A stretch of 64,000 bases of DNA, taken from positions 1,294-65,293 of the forward strand of contig CAKJYW010000021.1 in NCBI GenBank assembly GCA_918272565.1. Reading direction: 5' to 3'. Of this stretch, positions 9,747 to 19,170 are shown one piece after another (position 1 is the first letter of the stretch; each line of letters begins with the position of its first letter). The stretch comes from Bacilli bacterium. Its GTDB lineage: Bacteria > Bacillota_I > Bacilli_A > ML615J-28 > CAG-698. The translations under genes were made by a program, and so were the position numbers. The notes under the pieces were generated by a model. That model made no database searches. It saw only the letters and a list, made by a program, of their open reading frames with translations, and had not been told where the DNA came from.

Positions 9747-10946
9747 ATGAAAAAAATTATGGTTGTTAACTGTGGAAGTAGTTCACTAAAGTTTAGGCTT
9801 TTTGAAATGCCTAGTGAAAAGTTGATTATTAAAGGACTTTTTGAAAGTATAAGTAAGAACAATACCGAAGAGAATTTCTCATCACAATATAAAATCGGTG
9901 ATTTCTTCTGTAAAGCTCCTATTAGATCACATACTGAAGCTGTTAAGATTTTACTTAACTATTTACTAGAAAACAAGATCATCGCTTCATACGATGAAAT
10001 TGATGGTGTTGGTCATAGAATCGTGCAAGGTGGTAAATATTTTGATAAAGCAGAAGTTGCTACTCCTGACGTACTAAAGAAAATCGAAGATCTATGTATC
10101 TTAGCACCACTACACAACCGTGCTCATTTAGATGGAATCCATGCTTTCCAAGAAGTTAATAAGAACTTAGTGAATGTTGTGGTATTTGATACAGCATTCC
10201 ACCAAACTATGGCTCCTGATACTTACATGTACGCTTTACCTTACGATTGGTATGAAAAATACGATGTAAGAAAATATGGTGCTCATGGAACTAGTCATAA
10301 ATATGTTGCTCAAAAGTGCGCTGAAGTTATGGGTAAAGATATTAAAGATTTGAAGTTAATCACTTGCCATATCGGTAATGGTGCATCAATTAGTGCTGTT
10401 ATGGGCGGTAAATGTATCGATACATCAATGGGACTTACTCCACTTGAAGGTATTCCAATGGGAACAAGAAGTGGTAACATTGACCCAGCTGTATTAGAAT
10501 ATATGAATAGTATCGATCCTGAAAAATATACAGTTAAAGAATTATTAAGAATTCTAAATCACGAATCAGGATACTTAGGAGTTAGTAAAGTAAGCCATGA
10601 CTCTAGAGCCATTGAAGCTGAAGTAGAAACTAACCCTCTATGCCGCTTAGCTTTAGAAATCCAATACAAGAGAATAGCTGACTTCATCGGTAGCTATTAT
10701 GTTCATATGGGTGGAGTTGATGCCATCGTATTTACAGCAGGAATTGGTGAAAACTCAAGCCGCTTACGTAGAGAAGTTCTAAAGAGAGTAAGTGTTCTAG
10801 GCGTTAAATGTAACGATGAAGTAAATGATAAAGTTAGAGGCGAAGTAGCTCTAATTTCTACTCCTGACAGTAAAGTAAAAGCATATTTAATTCCAACTGA
10901 AGAAGAATTAATGATTGCTCGTGATACTTACGATTTAGTTAAATAA
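9747..10946 (+). CDS. ackA: acetate kinase
   Basis: 'VVNCGSSSLKF', 'GHRIVQGG', 'FDTAFHQTM', 'HIGNGASI', 'FTAGIGENS'. ATG 9747 sits 8 nt after GGAGG (9734-9738). Confidence 0.93.
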   Translation: MKKIMVVNCGSSSLKFRLFEMPSEKLIIKGLFESISKNNTEENFSSQYKIGDFFCKAPIRSHTEAVKILLNYLLENKIIASYDEIDGVGHRIVQGGKYFDKAEVATPDVLKKIEDLCILAPLHNRAHLDGIHAFQEVNKNLVNVVVFDTAFHQTMAPDTYMYALPYDWYEKYDVRKYGAHGTSHKYVAQKCAEVMGKDIKDLKLITCHIGNGASISAVMGGKCIDTSMGLTPLEGIPMGTRSGNIDPAVLEYMNSIDPEKYTVKELLRILNHESGYLGVSKVSHDSRAIEAEVETNPLCRLALEIQYKRIADFIGSYYVHMGGVDAIVFTAGIGENSSRLRREVLKRVSVLGVKCNDEVNDKVRGEVALISTPDSKVKAYLIPTEEELMIARDTYDLVK

Positions 10947-10954
10947 GATATAAT

Positions 10955-10989
10955 ATCTAGTAAAAGATTTCTTTTACTAGATTTTTTTA
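10955..10989 (+). terminator. rho-independent terminator after ackA
   Basis: 12-bp stem ATCTAGTAAAAG / CTTTTACTAGAT, 4-nt loop, then a T7 run. Confidence 0.8.
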
Positions 10990-11050
10990 TTTTAAAAAAA
11001 TAAAAAATCATATTATCTATCTAATATATAGGTGAGGAGGATAATATGAT

Positions 11051-12820
11051 ATGAAAAATATTATTAAAGTATTAATTTTAACTATCTTGTTAATGGTTTC
11101 TTCAGTTAAATCTAAGGCTTTGACTTTATCAACTGAGGGTGATGGTGATATTTTAGTAACTGAAGAAGAGCTAGATAATGGCTATTCTTATGAGGAAAAA
11201 CACACAGAAGTTACTAATATCAATAACATTGAGATTAAAGATTCTTTTATTTTAGGAATTGATGACTTTTGTTTATGTGGAAGGATTAGTGGAAGTGGGT
11301 TAATGTATTACCCGTATCTAGCTTATTATAAGAATAATGAGTTAGCTTTTGAGCTTAATTTTTCTAGCTACGGGCGTGGTATTTTTAATGATTTAATTGT
11401 AAATGATGAAGGAATAATAGCTATAGGTAATTATGAAGAAAATGATGTTTGCGTTATTGCTATCTTTGAAGTTTCATTTGATGGTAGAATTAAAAAGCAT
11501 GTTAAGTTCTATTCTGATAAAGACTCTTATGGATATAAAATATTAGAACTTAAAAACGAATACATGTTTATAGGTTCTACTTATGCATCAACCTTTGAGG
11601 GCTGCGTGAACGTTGGCACCAAAGCCTTAGTCGTTGGTAGAATCGATAAAGATGATTTTAGCGATAATTATGTAGTATCATTTGGTAATGATTCGATGGA
11701 TTTCCATGATGCGGTTAGTGATGGGGAATCTATCTTTATCCTTACCACAGTTAATGGGCTAGGTTATTTTTATGATGGCAGTAGAACTAAGTTTTTAGCG
11801 CTTCTTAAGATGGATCATTATTGCGATAGTCCAGAATACGTCTCTTTGTATGGCAGTGAAGTTGTAAAAACTAGTAAGATGTTCATCTATCAAGAGCATG
11901 TTTGTTTTATGGAAATTGAAAGAAGCCATCAAGTGGGGCTAGTTTCATATACCAAAAACCTAGATTACCTTAATATGGATATCTATACCGATTATCACTT
12001 ACCAAGTAATATTAATGATTTTAATGTTGAAGTAAATGGGGATGATTTTATATTATCTTTAACTTCAAAATATAATAACAAATTATATGAAAGAAGAATC
12101 ATCTTTAATTCTGAATTTGATGAAATATCAAATAATGAATATATCCATAGAATAGATGATGTTATAAAGGGCTTTAGGTTTAATAATAATGTCTTTCTAG
12201 TGATATTAAAAAACACAACTTATGAAATATACACTAGTTTTGATGTTATTAAAAAAGGTGACTTTGTTTTAATAAATGGTAAAAAGGCACGTATTACAAA
12301 AGAAGGGGAAGATACAAACGACTTCTTTGGCAAGAAAAAAGAATATTACGAAGCTGAACTTGGTGACATAAAAGTGAGGTTTTCTAAAGAAATAGAAGTA
12401 GAACTGAAAACTAACATCGTCCCTTTTTCAACATACGATAAAGGTATTAATTTATCATTTAATGCTAAAGGATATTTAAACGGAGTAGAAATTGAAAGTG
12501 GCTATCAAGTGAATGATGCTGGTCAGTATTTACTTGAACTTGTGTCACTTGATGGTAAAAAAGAATCGATTTATTTTACTGTAGGGAAACTTACAATTGA
12601 TTTAGATGAAGTAAAGGTGATTGATTCATCTGCTTCTACAATTGAAGTAGGTAAAATCATAGAAACTTATTATGATAAAGAACAAAAAGTAAGCACTAGC
12701 GAGTCTTTGGTTGTTATTGAAAAGAACTATAATTATGTTTATTTAGGCTTAGCGGGAGTTATGGGCTTAATTATTGGTTATTTCTTAATAAGAATAAAAA
12801 AAGGAGCTAAGAAAAGATGA
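11051..12820 (+). CDS. membrane-anchored extracellular protein of unknown function (paralogue A)
   Basis: Strong SD GGTGAGGAGG upstream. N-terminal signal peptide, and a C-terminal TM helix plus basic tail (YLGLAGVMGLIIGYFLIRIKKGAKKR). It shares an Ig-like motif with the next gene. Confidence 0.6.
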   Translation: MKNIIKVLILTILLMVSSVKSKALTLSTEGDGDILVTEEELDNGYSYEEKHTEVTNINNIEIKDSFILGIDDFCLCGRISGSGLMYYPYLAYYKNNELAFELNFSSYGRGIFNDLIVNDEGIIAIGNYEENDVCVIAIFEVSFDGRIKKHVKFYSDKDSYGYKILELKNEYMFIGSTYASTFEGCVNVGTKALVVGRIDKDDFSDNYVVSFGNDSMDFHDAVSDGESIFILTTVNGLGYFYDGSRTKFLALLKMDHYCDSPEYVSLYGSEVVKTSKMFIYQEHVCFMEIERSHQVGLVSYTKNLDYLNMDIYTDYHLPSNINDFNVEVNGDDFILSLTSKYNNKLYERRIIFNSEFDEISNNEYIHRIDDVIKGFRFNNNVFLVILKNTTYEIYTSFDVIKKGDFVLINGKKARITKEGEDTNDFFGKKKEYYEAELGDIKVRFSKEIEVELKTNIVPFSTYDKGINLSFNAKGYLNGVEIESGYQVNDAGQYLLELVSLDGKKESIYFTVGKLTIDLDEVKVIDSSASTIEVGKIIETYYDKEQKVSTSESLVVIEKNYNYVYLGLAGVMGLIIGYFLIRIKKGAKKR

Positions 12821-14997
12821 TGAAATTATTACTATTAGCTCTAATGAGTTTTATTCCTATTAAAATAAACGATATTGAAATAAACGGAGATGATTATACT
12901 TTAGTTAGCGAAGAAGAACAGTTAAGTGAGATTATTGATGAAGTGGATGATTATTGCATCATTAAGGAAGGTAACAATTTCTATCTTACTAACGATGATA
13001 AAAGAATAAATCTAGGGGAAGCAACAAGTGTAGCAATTTATAAATACGATAAGAATATCGTATTAGTAATTAATGATAATAAAGAATTATCACTTGTCTA
13101 CTTTGACTTAGGGTTAATTAAGAAAGAAGAGCACGTTCTAATTAGAAATGGAACTATAAGTTTTAATTCTAGAATGAGTGGAGATTACTTAGATATTGTT
13201 GGGACGAGTGGTGAAGAAAATGAAGAAACGTATGGGATAAGAAACTTGTTTCAAAATGATGCTTTCTTCATTTCCTTTGATTTAAAGAATAAAACGGCTG
13301 TAACTAGTTATTATGGTGGTGCTACAAACGAAGGCTTCACTGATATCGTTAGAACGTCAAGTGCTTTTTTTGTAGTTGGGGTGAAAGATAAACTTGGTGA
13401 AGGCGACTTTGGAAATGGTGGAGATATTAATAATATCTTATTAGTTAAACTATCTGATACTAGAAGAATTGAAAAATACATAATACTAGACTCTAAAGAG
13501 GAAGTTAAAGGGTTTTTCTGTGACAATGATACTATCTATTTAGTTTTAGGTAGTTGTTACTATTTAATTGATAATAATCTAAATGTAACTGGTTGTTATT
13601 CTTTTTCTAGCCCCCTCCTTGCTACAATATCTACAAACAAAATTATCTTTTTCTTATTTCAAAATAATTATTATGTGATTGATTTAGAAACTAATATAAA
13701 GACAAAAATAGAACATAACTTTAACCTAAGTAGCGCTAAAGTATTAAGTGAATACATTAAAGGAGTAGGTGAAAAGAATTACCGACTTGATTTAGTAATA
13801 TTAAGTAATAATATTATTAAATATAAATATAATGATGATAAAAAAGTTGATACTTTGTTTGGGGAAATAGAAGTGCTTGAAGAACATGTTTCTCCATTCC
13901 TTGACCGTCAAGTCTTTGGGACTTATAATTACAAATTAGAATATGAGACTAAAGGCAAGATCAACTTTAACATCAATACTAAATATGAAGTCCCTTTCGA
14001 ATGTAATTTAGTTAGTGGCGGCGTCTATCCTACTGGCTACCATCTATCATTTACCGGTAAAGGGTATTTAGATGGTAACCAAATATTAAGTAATTATCAG
14101 CTTTTAGATCAAGGGGACCATACGCTAGTTTTAAAAGGAGTAGATAAAGAAGTAGAGATTAAATTTAGTGTTAGCTCTAAACAAATTGAATTTAGTGACC
14201 AACTAGTAAGATCTAGTGATGTCATCGTCAATTTAGGTGAAAATATCAATTTGAAGCTTAATCTAAGCTTAGATGATAGTTATATCATTGATGGAGTTTT
14301 AGTTAATGGAGAGCTAATAAGCGCTACTTATGATAAAGATAAAAAGTTATTATTTATCCCTTATGGAAAAGCAAACGAAGTTGGTCAAATGGAAGTAGTT
14401 ATCGATAAGATAGTTTATCATGATAATAGTGGAAGTTATAACATGGTGCTGTATGAACGTTTTATAGTTAATGTTAAAAAGCCAAAGATTGAACTAAGAA
14501 TAAGTGATTTTAAAGAGATGTCGCTTGTAGTTGACTGTGTTGATTTATATAAGAGTGCGAGATTCTTTGAAGTTATCAAAAAAGATGATAGAAATGGCGA
14601 AGAAGAAGTCTACAAATTCCCTGCATCTTCATCTGATATCCTAATTGATAATTTTAGTGATGGAGCTAGTTACACTGTTAGCTATTATTTAGTTAATGAT
14701 TATGGAGGAGAATACCTTGAAAGAACGCTAATCACCACATTAAATGTTGAAGGGAAAGGTCAACTAAACTTAGGCAAAATCAGGGTCTTAAGCTATGAAG
14801 GAAGCTTAAACCGCTTTGTGATTGAGTTTGATGATGACTTTTCAAGTAATGAACTAAAAGAAGTTTTAGTTAATAACCAAGTGATTTTTAAAAACGAAAG
14901 GGATTCGCTTTTAAAATATATCTTTTTCATCATTATTGCTTTTGTTTTTGGGCTAGTTGTTCCTGTTAGTATTAAGATGATAATTAAGAAAAAATAG
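12817..14997 (+). CDS. membrane-anchored extracellular protein of unknown function (paralogue B)
   Basis: ATGA start/stop overlap with the upstream gene. Hydrophobic N-terminus, and a C-terminal TM plus KKK tail. Shared motif 'LSF.GKGYL.G..I.S.YQ..D.G...L.L'. Confidence 0.6.
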   Translation: MMKLLLLALMSFIPIKINDIEINGDDYTLVSEEEQLSEIIDEVDDYCIIKEGNNFYLTNDDKRINLGEATSVAIYKYDKNIVLVINDNKELSLVYFDLGLIKKEEHVLIRNGTISFNSRMSGDYLDIVGTSGEENEETYGIRNLFQNDAFFISFDLKNKTAVTSYYGGATNEGFTDIVRTSSAFFVVGVKDKLGEGDFGNGGDINNILLVKLSDTRRIEKYIILDSKEEVKGFFCDNDTIYLVLGSCYYLIDNNLNVTGCYSFSSPLLATISTNKIIFFLFQNNYYVIDLETNIKTKIEHNFNLSSAKVLSEYIKGVGEKNYRLDLVILSNNIIKYKYNDDKKVDTLFGEIEVLEEHVSPFLDRQVFGTYNYKLEYETKGKINFNINTKYEVPFECNLVSGGVYPTGYHLSFTGKGYLDGNQILSNYQLLDQGDHTLVLKGVDKEVEIKFSVSSKQIEFSDQLVRSSDVIVNLGENINLKLNLSLDDSYIIDGVLVNGELISATYDKDKKLLFIPYGKANEVGQMEVVIDKIVYHDNSGSYNMVLYERFIVNVKKPKIELRISDFKEMSLVVDCVDLYKSARFFEVIKKDDRNGEEEVYKFPASSSDILIDNFSDGASYTVSYYLVNDYGGEYLERTLITTLNVEGKGQLNLGKIRVLSYEGSLNRFVIEFDDDFSSNELKEVLVNNQVIFKNERDSLLKYIFFIIIAFVFGLVVPVSIKMIIKKK

Positions 14998-15002
14998 AAG
15001 AT

Positions 15003-15034
15003 GTGCTAAAGAAAATAATCTTTAGCACTTTTTT
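15003..15034 (+). terminator. rho-independent terminator
   Basis: 10-bp stem GTGCTAAAGA / TCTTTAGCAC, 6-nt loop, then a T6 run. Confidence 0.8.
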
Positions 15035-15080
15035 ATAGGGCGCTATTATGATATAATTTATTTAATAAAAAGAGGTCACT

Positions 15081-18000
15081 ATGTTAGTAAATTTGTACAC
15101 AGAAACTGAATATTCTTTATTGCACTCTCCTAATAGTATTGATCTACTTATTAGTAAAGCGATAGAACTAGGATACGATGCTTTAGGTATTTGTGATATC
15201 AACAATATGCACGGCGCAATAAAGTTTTACAATAAATGCAAGGCAAATAATATTAAACCAATTATTGGCCTCCATTTTATTAAGGGCGATATTAATATAC
15301 TATTTTTTGCTAAAAGCAATAAGGGCTATATTAATCTAATGCACCTTTCAACAATCTCTTCCCTAAAAACCAAAGAAATAAAGAAACTAGATGAATTAAA
15401 AGATTATAGCGAAGATGTTATTGCGATTATTCCTTCACTTGAAAATAACATTTATGGTTATTATTCATTTAATAATGATGAATTTATAGGTAGGATAAAA
15501 GAAATACAAGAAGTATTTAAGGAAACTTATTTTGGAATTAATCTTCATACATATGAAGCAAAAAGTAATGCTCTATCTTTATTTGAATTATTAAAGAATA
15601 ATGGAATAAAAACGTGTGAAGTAAGTAAGTGTAGTTATATAAGTGAAGATTATTTTGATGCATTTATCACTCTAAATAGTATAAGCCAAGGGGCTGAAGC
15701 TTATAATTACAGTGAAATGGATATGAATTTAAAGCTTTTGCCTAATTTAGAAAAAAATAGTTTATACCAAAATTTAAGTGAAGTAGTTGATTCTTCAATT
15801 AGTATTGCAAGAGCTTGCGATGTTGAAATAAAGTTTGATGGGTTTAAAACACCAAAATTTAATAGTGATATTAGTGATAAAAAGGAATACCTTTATGAAT
15901 TAAGCAAAGTTGGGCTTAATAAGAGATTAAAAGGAAAAGAAGTAAGTAAAGGAAAAATCGAAGTTTATAAAGAGAGACTACTTTATGAACTTGGTGTTAT
16001 CACTAAAATGAATTTTGTGGAATACTTCTTGATTGTTTATGATTATGTGAAATATGCAAAACAAAATCAGATTTTGGTTGGCCCTGGTAGAGGTAGTAGT
16101 GGTGGCTCACTTGTGGCATATTCTTTAGGTATTACCGAAGTAGATCCTATTGAATATGATTTGATGTTTGAAAGATTCTTAAATCCTGAAAGAACATCAA
16201 TGCCTGATATCGATGTTGATTTCCCTGATTGTAAGCGTGATGAAGTTATTAAATACATGGGGGAACGCTACGGTAGGGATAGAGTTGCTCACATTTGCAC
16301 CTTTGATACGTATGGCGCTAAAAGTGCTGTTAGAGACACTGCTAGAGTATTAAAGATAGATGATAATCTTTTAAAAGAGATTTTAAAGCAGACTTCTCAA
16401 AAAGAAAGCTTTAAGGAATCTTTAGAAAATAGGCCAATATTAAAACAAATGGCTCTTCAATATGAAGTAGTTAATAGGCTTGTTAATATTGTTACTAAGA
16501 TTGAAGGACTTCCAAGGCATACATCTGTTCATGCTTCTGGTATCGTTATGGCTGATAAGGAGTTAAATTATTATATTCCTTTAATGGATGGGATGAATGG
16601 GTTATATGAAACTCAATATGGTGCTGATGACTTGGAGTTTTTAGGGCTTGTTAAGTTCGACTTTTTAGGTATAAGAAACTTAACAACAATCGATAATGTC
16701 ATTAAAGAAGTTAATAAGACAAAAGAATTTTCGATTAAAGATATCGACTATAATGATAAAAATGTCTTTAAACTAATTGCAAGTGGTGATACTGATGGTG
16801 TTTTCCAACTTGAAAGTGATGGTATGAGACAAACTTTGATGCGCCTTAAAACTTCTAGTTTTGAAGACATCATCGCTTGTATTGCTTTGTACCGTCCTGG
16901 TCCAATGGATATGATAACTTCATACATTAACCGTAAATTTGGTAGGGAAGAGATATCATATTTACACCCTTCACTAGTTGATGTATTAAAACCAACTTAT
17001 GGAATAATCGTTTATCAAGAACAAATCATCATGATAGCGAGAATTTTTGCGGGGTACACTTTGGGTGAAGCTGATGTTTTACGTAGAGCAGTATCTAAGA
17101 AGAAGGAATCTTTGATTGTTTCTGAAAGACGTAATTTCATAGATAGAGCCCTTAAGTGTGGTAGAACTGTGAAAGATGCTAATAAGATATACGATTACAT
17201 CGTCAAATTTGCTAACTACGGCTTTAATAGAAGTCACGCGGTAGTTTACAGTGTAGTAGCTTATCAGATGGCATACCTTAAAACTTACTTCTTTAAAGAA
17301 TTTATGAGTGAGATGATGGGTAATGCTCTAGGAAAAAGTCAATCATTAAAATATTATATTAGTGGTTGCTTAAGGCGAAATGTTAAGGTCTTTTTACCTA
17401 ATATCAATGTTTCTACTGATAGATTTATTAATAGAGAAGAAGGCATTTATTATTCACTTCTAGGAATAAAAGAAGTAGGTAAGATTAGCTGCGATAGTTT
17501 CCTTGCTGAAAGGAACGCTAATGGCGAATATAAATCATTTGATGACTTTGTATCTCGAACTAAATCGATATTTAGTAAGAATGTTGTTATAAATTTAATT
17601 AACGCTGGTGCTTTAGATTTGTTTAAGATTCCAAGAAAACAAATGGTCTTAGAATATGATAACTCTATTGCTATATCACAATATGGCAATATGATTAAAG
17701 ATAAATTAGTTGAGAGAAACTACAGCGATGAAGAGTATTCTTTTGAAGAAATAAGCAAAAACGAAAAAGACGCTTTAGGCTTTAACATTAAATATGATAT
17801 ATTTAGACGTTACTTACCTTTAAAAGAGAAATACCATGTTACTGATATTGGAAACTTAAAAGAAGGTAAGAAATATAATCTATTATTTACTTTAACAAGT
17901 ATTAAAGAGATAGAAACTAAATTAAAGAAAAAGATGGCATTTTTAGAACTAACCGATGAGAGTGGAGAGATTGATGGTGTTTTGTTTAGTGCAAATTATG

Positions 18001-18116
18001 AGAAATATAAAGATATTTTGCATCATAATCAAGTTTATCTTGCTCAAGGAACAGTGGATTTAAGAAATGATAACATTCAATTTGTTATTGATTATCTAAA
18101 ATTATTAAGTGCTTAA
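15081..18116 (+). CDS. dnaE: DNA polymerase III alpha subunit (DnaE type)
   Basis: N-terminal PHP domain ('YSLLHS', 'DINNMHG'). Polymerase core 'GPGRGSSGGSLVAYSLGIT', 'PDIDVDF', 'FNRSHA'. C-terminal OB fold. Confidence 0.92.
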   Translation: MLVNLYTETEYSLLHSPNSIDLLISKAIELGYDALGICDINNMHGAIKFYNKCKANNIKPIIGLHFIKGDINILFFAKSNKGYINLMHLSTISSLKTKEIKKLDELKDYSEDVIAIIPSLENNIYGYYSFNNDEFIGRIKEIQEVFKETYFGINLHTYEAKSNALSLFELLKNNGIKTCEVSKCSYISEDYFDAFITLNSISQGAEAYNYSEMDMNLKLLPNLEKNSLYQNLSEVVDSSISIARACDVEIKFDGFKTPKFNSDISDKKEYLYELSKVGLNKRLKGKEVSKGKIEVYKERLLYELGVITKMNFVEYFLIVYDYVKYAKQNQILVGPGRGSSGGSLVAYSLGITEVDPIEYDLMFERFLNPERTSMPDIDVDFPDCKRDEVIKYMGERYGRDRVAHICTFDTYGAKSAVRDTARVLKIDDNLLKEILKQTSQKESFKESLENRPILKQMALQYEVVNRLVNIVTKIEGLPRHTSVHASGIVMADKELNYYIPLMDGMNGLYETQYGADDLEFLGLVKFDFLGIRNLTTIDNVIKEVNKTKEFSIKDIDYNDKNVFKLIASGDTDGVFQLESDGMRQTLMRLKTSSFEDIIACIALYRPGPMDMITSYINRKFGREEISYLHPSLVDVLKPTYGIIVYQEQIIMIARIFAGYTLGEADVLRRAVSKKKESLIVSERRNFIDRALKCGRTVKDANKIYDYIVKFANYGFNRSHAVVYSVVAYQMAYLKTYFFKEFMSEMMGNALGKSQSLKYYISGCLRRNVKVFLPNINVSTDRFINREEGIYYSLLGIKEVGKISCDSFLAERNANGEYKSFDDFVSRTKSIFSKNVVINLINAGALDLFKIPRKQMVLEYDNSIAISQYGNMIKDKLVERNYSDEEYSFEEISKNEKDALGFNIKYDIFRRYLPLKEKYHVTDIGNLKEGKKYNLLFTLTSIKEIETKLKKKMAFLELTDESGEIDGVLFSANYEKYKDILHHNQVYLAQGTVDLRNDNIQFVIDYLKLLSA

Positions 18117-18132
18117 GATACCTAAATAGCAA

Positions 18133-18161
18133 TTGAAAAAATGAGCAATTTTTGGTATAAT
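18133..18161 (+). promoter_or_regulatory. sigma-A type promoter of pfkA
   Basis: TTGAAA (18133-18138), 17-nt spacer, TGG-TATAAT extended -10 (18153-18161). Confidence 0.6.
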
Positions 18162-18187
18162 AATTTGGTAAAAAAGAGGAAAGATAT

Positions 18188-19153
18188 ATGATTAAAAGAA
18201 TAGGTGTTTTAACAAGTGGTGGCGATGCGCCCGGAATGAACGCTGCTGTTAGAAGCGTTGTAAGGTGTGCTATAGCTAGAGGATATGAGATTTATGGTAT
18301 CCATGATGGCTTTAAAGGCATGTATGAAGGAGCTAACATTGAAAGATTATATCGTAAGAGTGTTTCTGAAAAGATGGGACGTGGTGGTACATTCTTAGGT
18401 ACTGGCCGTCTTCCTGAATTTGTACAAGAAGAAGTAAGAAAGAAAGCAATCGAAAACATCAAGATGTATGGAATCGATGCTTTAGTTTGTATTGGTGGAA
18501 ATGGAACATACTGTGGAGCCTTAGCTCTATCTAAAATGGGTATTCCAACAGTAGCAATTCCAGGAACAATCGATAACGATATCAGTGGAACTGATTTTAC
18601 AATTGGTTTTGATACTGCCTTAAATACAGCCGTTGAAGCTGTCGATAAATTACGTGATACATCAAGTAGTCATCGTAGATGCTCAATTGTTGAAGTAATG
18701 GGGCGTGACTGTGGTGACCTTGCAATGTGGACTGCAATAGCAGTTGGAGCTGAGTGCGTCATTTGTAAAGAAACTGGTTTTGATTTACAAGAGATTTTAG
18801 ATAATGTCAATAAAGCCGCAAAGAGCAAAAACCATGCGATTATAATTGTGGCTGAACATATGGTTGATGTTAATGAACTTGCTAATACAATTTCAGAAAA
18901 GACTCCATTTGGAGCAAGAACTACCGTTTTAGGATATATCCAAAGAGGTGGAAACCCAACTGCTAAAGACCGTGTTTTAGCAAGTGAAATGGGTGTTAAA
19001 GCAATTAGTGCTTTAGTTGATGATGATTTAACTGGTGTTTGTGTTGCTCAACAAGGCAGTGAAATAGTTACAATGCCAATCGAAGATGCCGTTAATGGTG
19101 ATGATGTAACACCAGTATTAGAAAAATACAAAGTATTCAAGATGCTTTGGTAA
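18188..19153 (+). CDS. pfkA: ATP-dependent 6-phosphofructokinase
   Basis: 'GVLTSGGDAPGMNAA', 'IGGNGT', 'PGTIDND', 'GYIQRGG'. Confidence 0.93.
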   Translation: MIKRIGVLTSGGDAPGMNAAVRSVVRCAIARGYEIYGIHDGFKGMYEGANIERLYRKSVSEKMGRGGTFLGTGRLPEFVQEEVRKKAIENIKMYGIDALVCIGGNGTYCGALALSKMGIPTVAIPGTIDNDISGTDFTIGFDTALNTAVEAVDKLRDTSSSHRRCSIVEVMGRDCGDLAMWTAIAVGAECVICKETGFDLQEILDNVNKAAKSKNHAIIIVAEHMVDVNELANTISEKTPFGARTTVLGYIQRGGNPTAKDRVLASEMGVKAISALVDDDLTGVCVAQQGSEIVTMPIEDAVNGDDVTPVLEKYKVFKMLW

Positions 19154-19170
19154 AAAGGATAGTGATTAAA

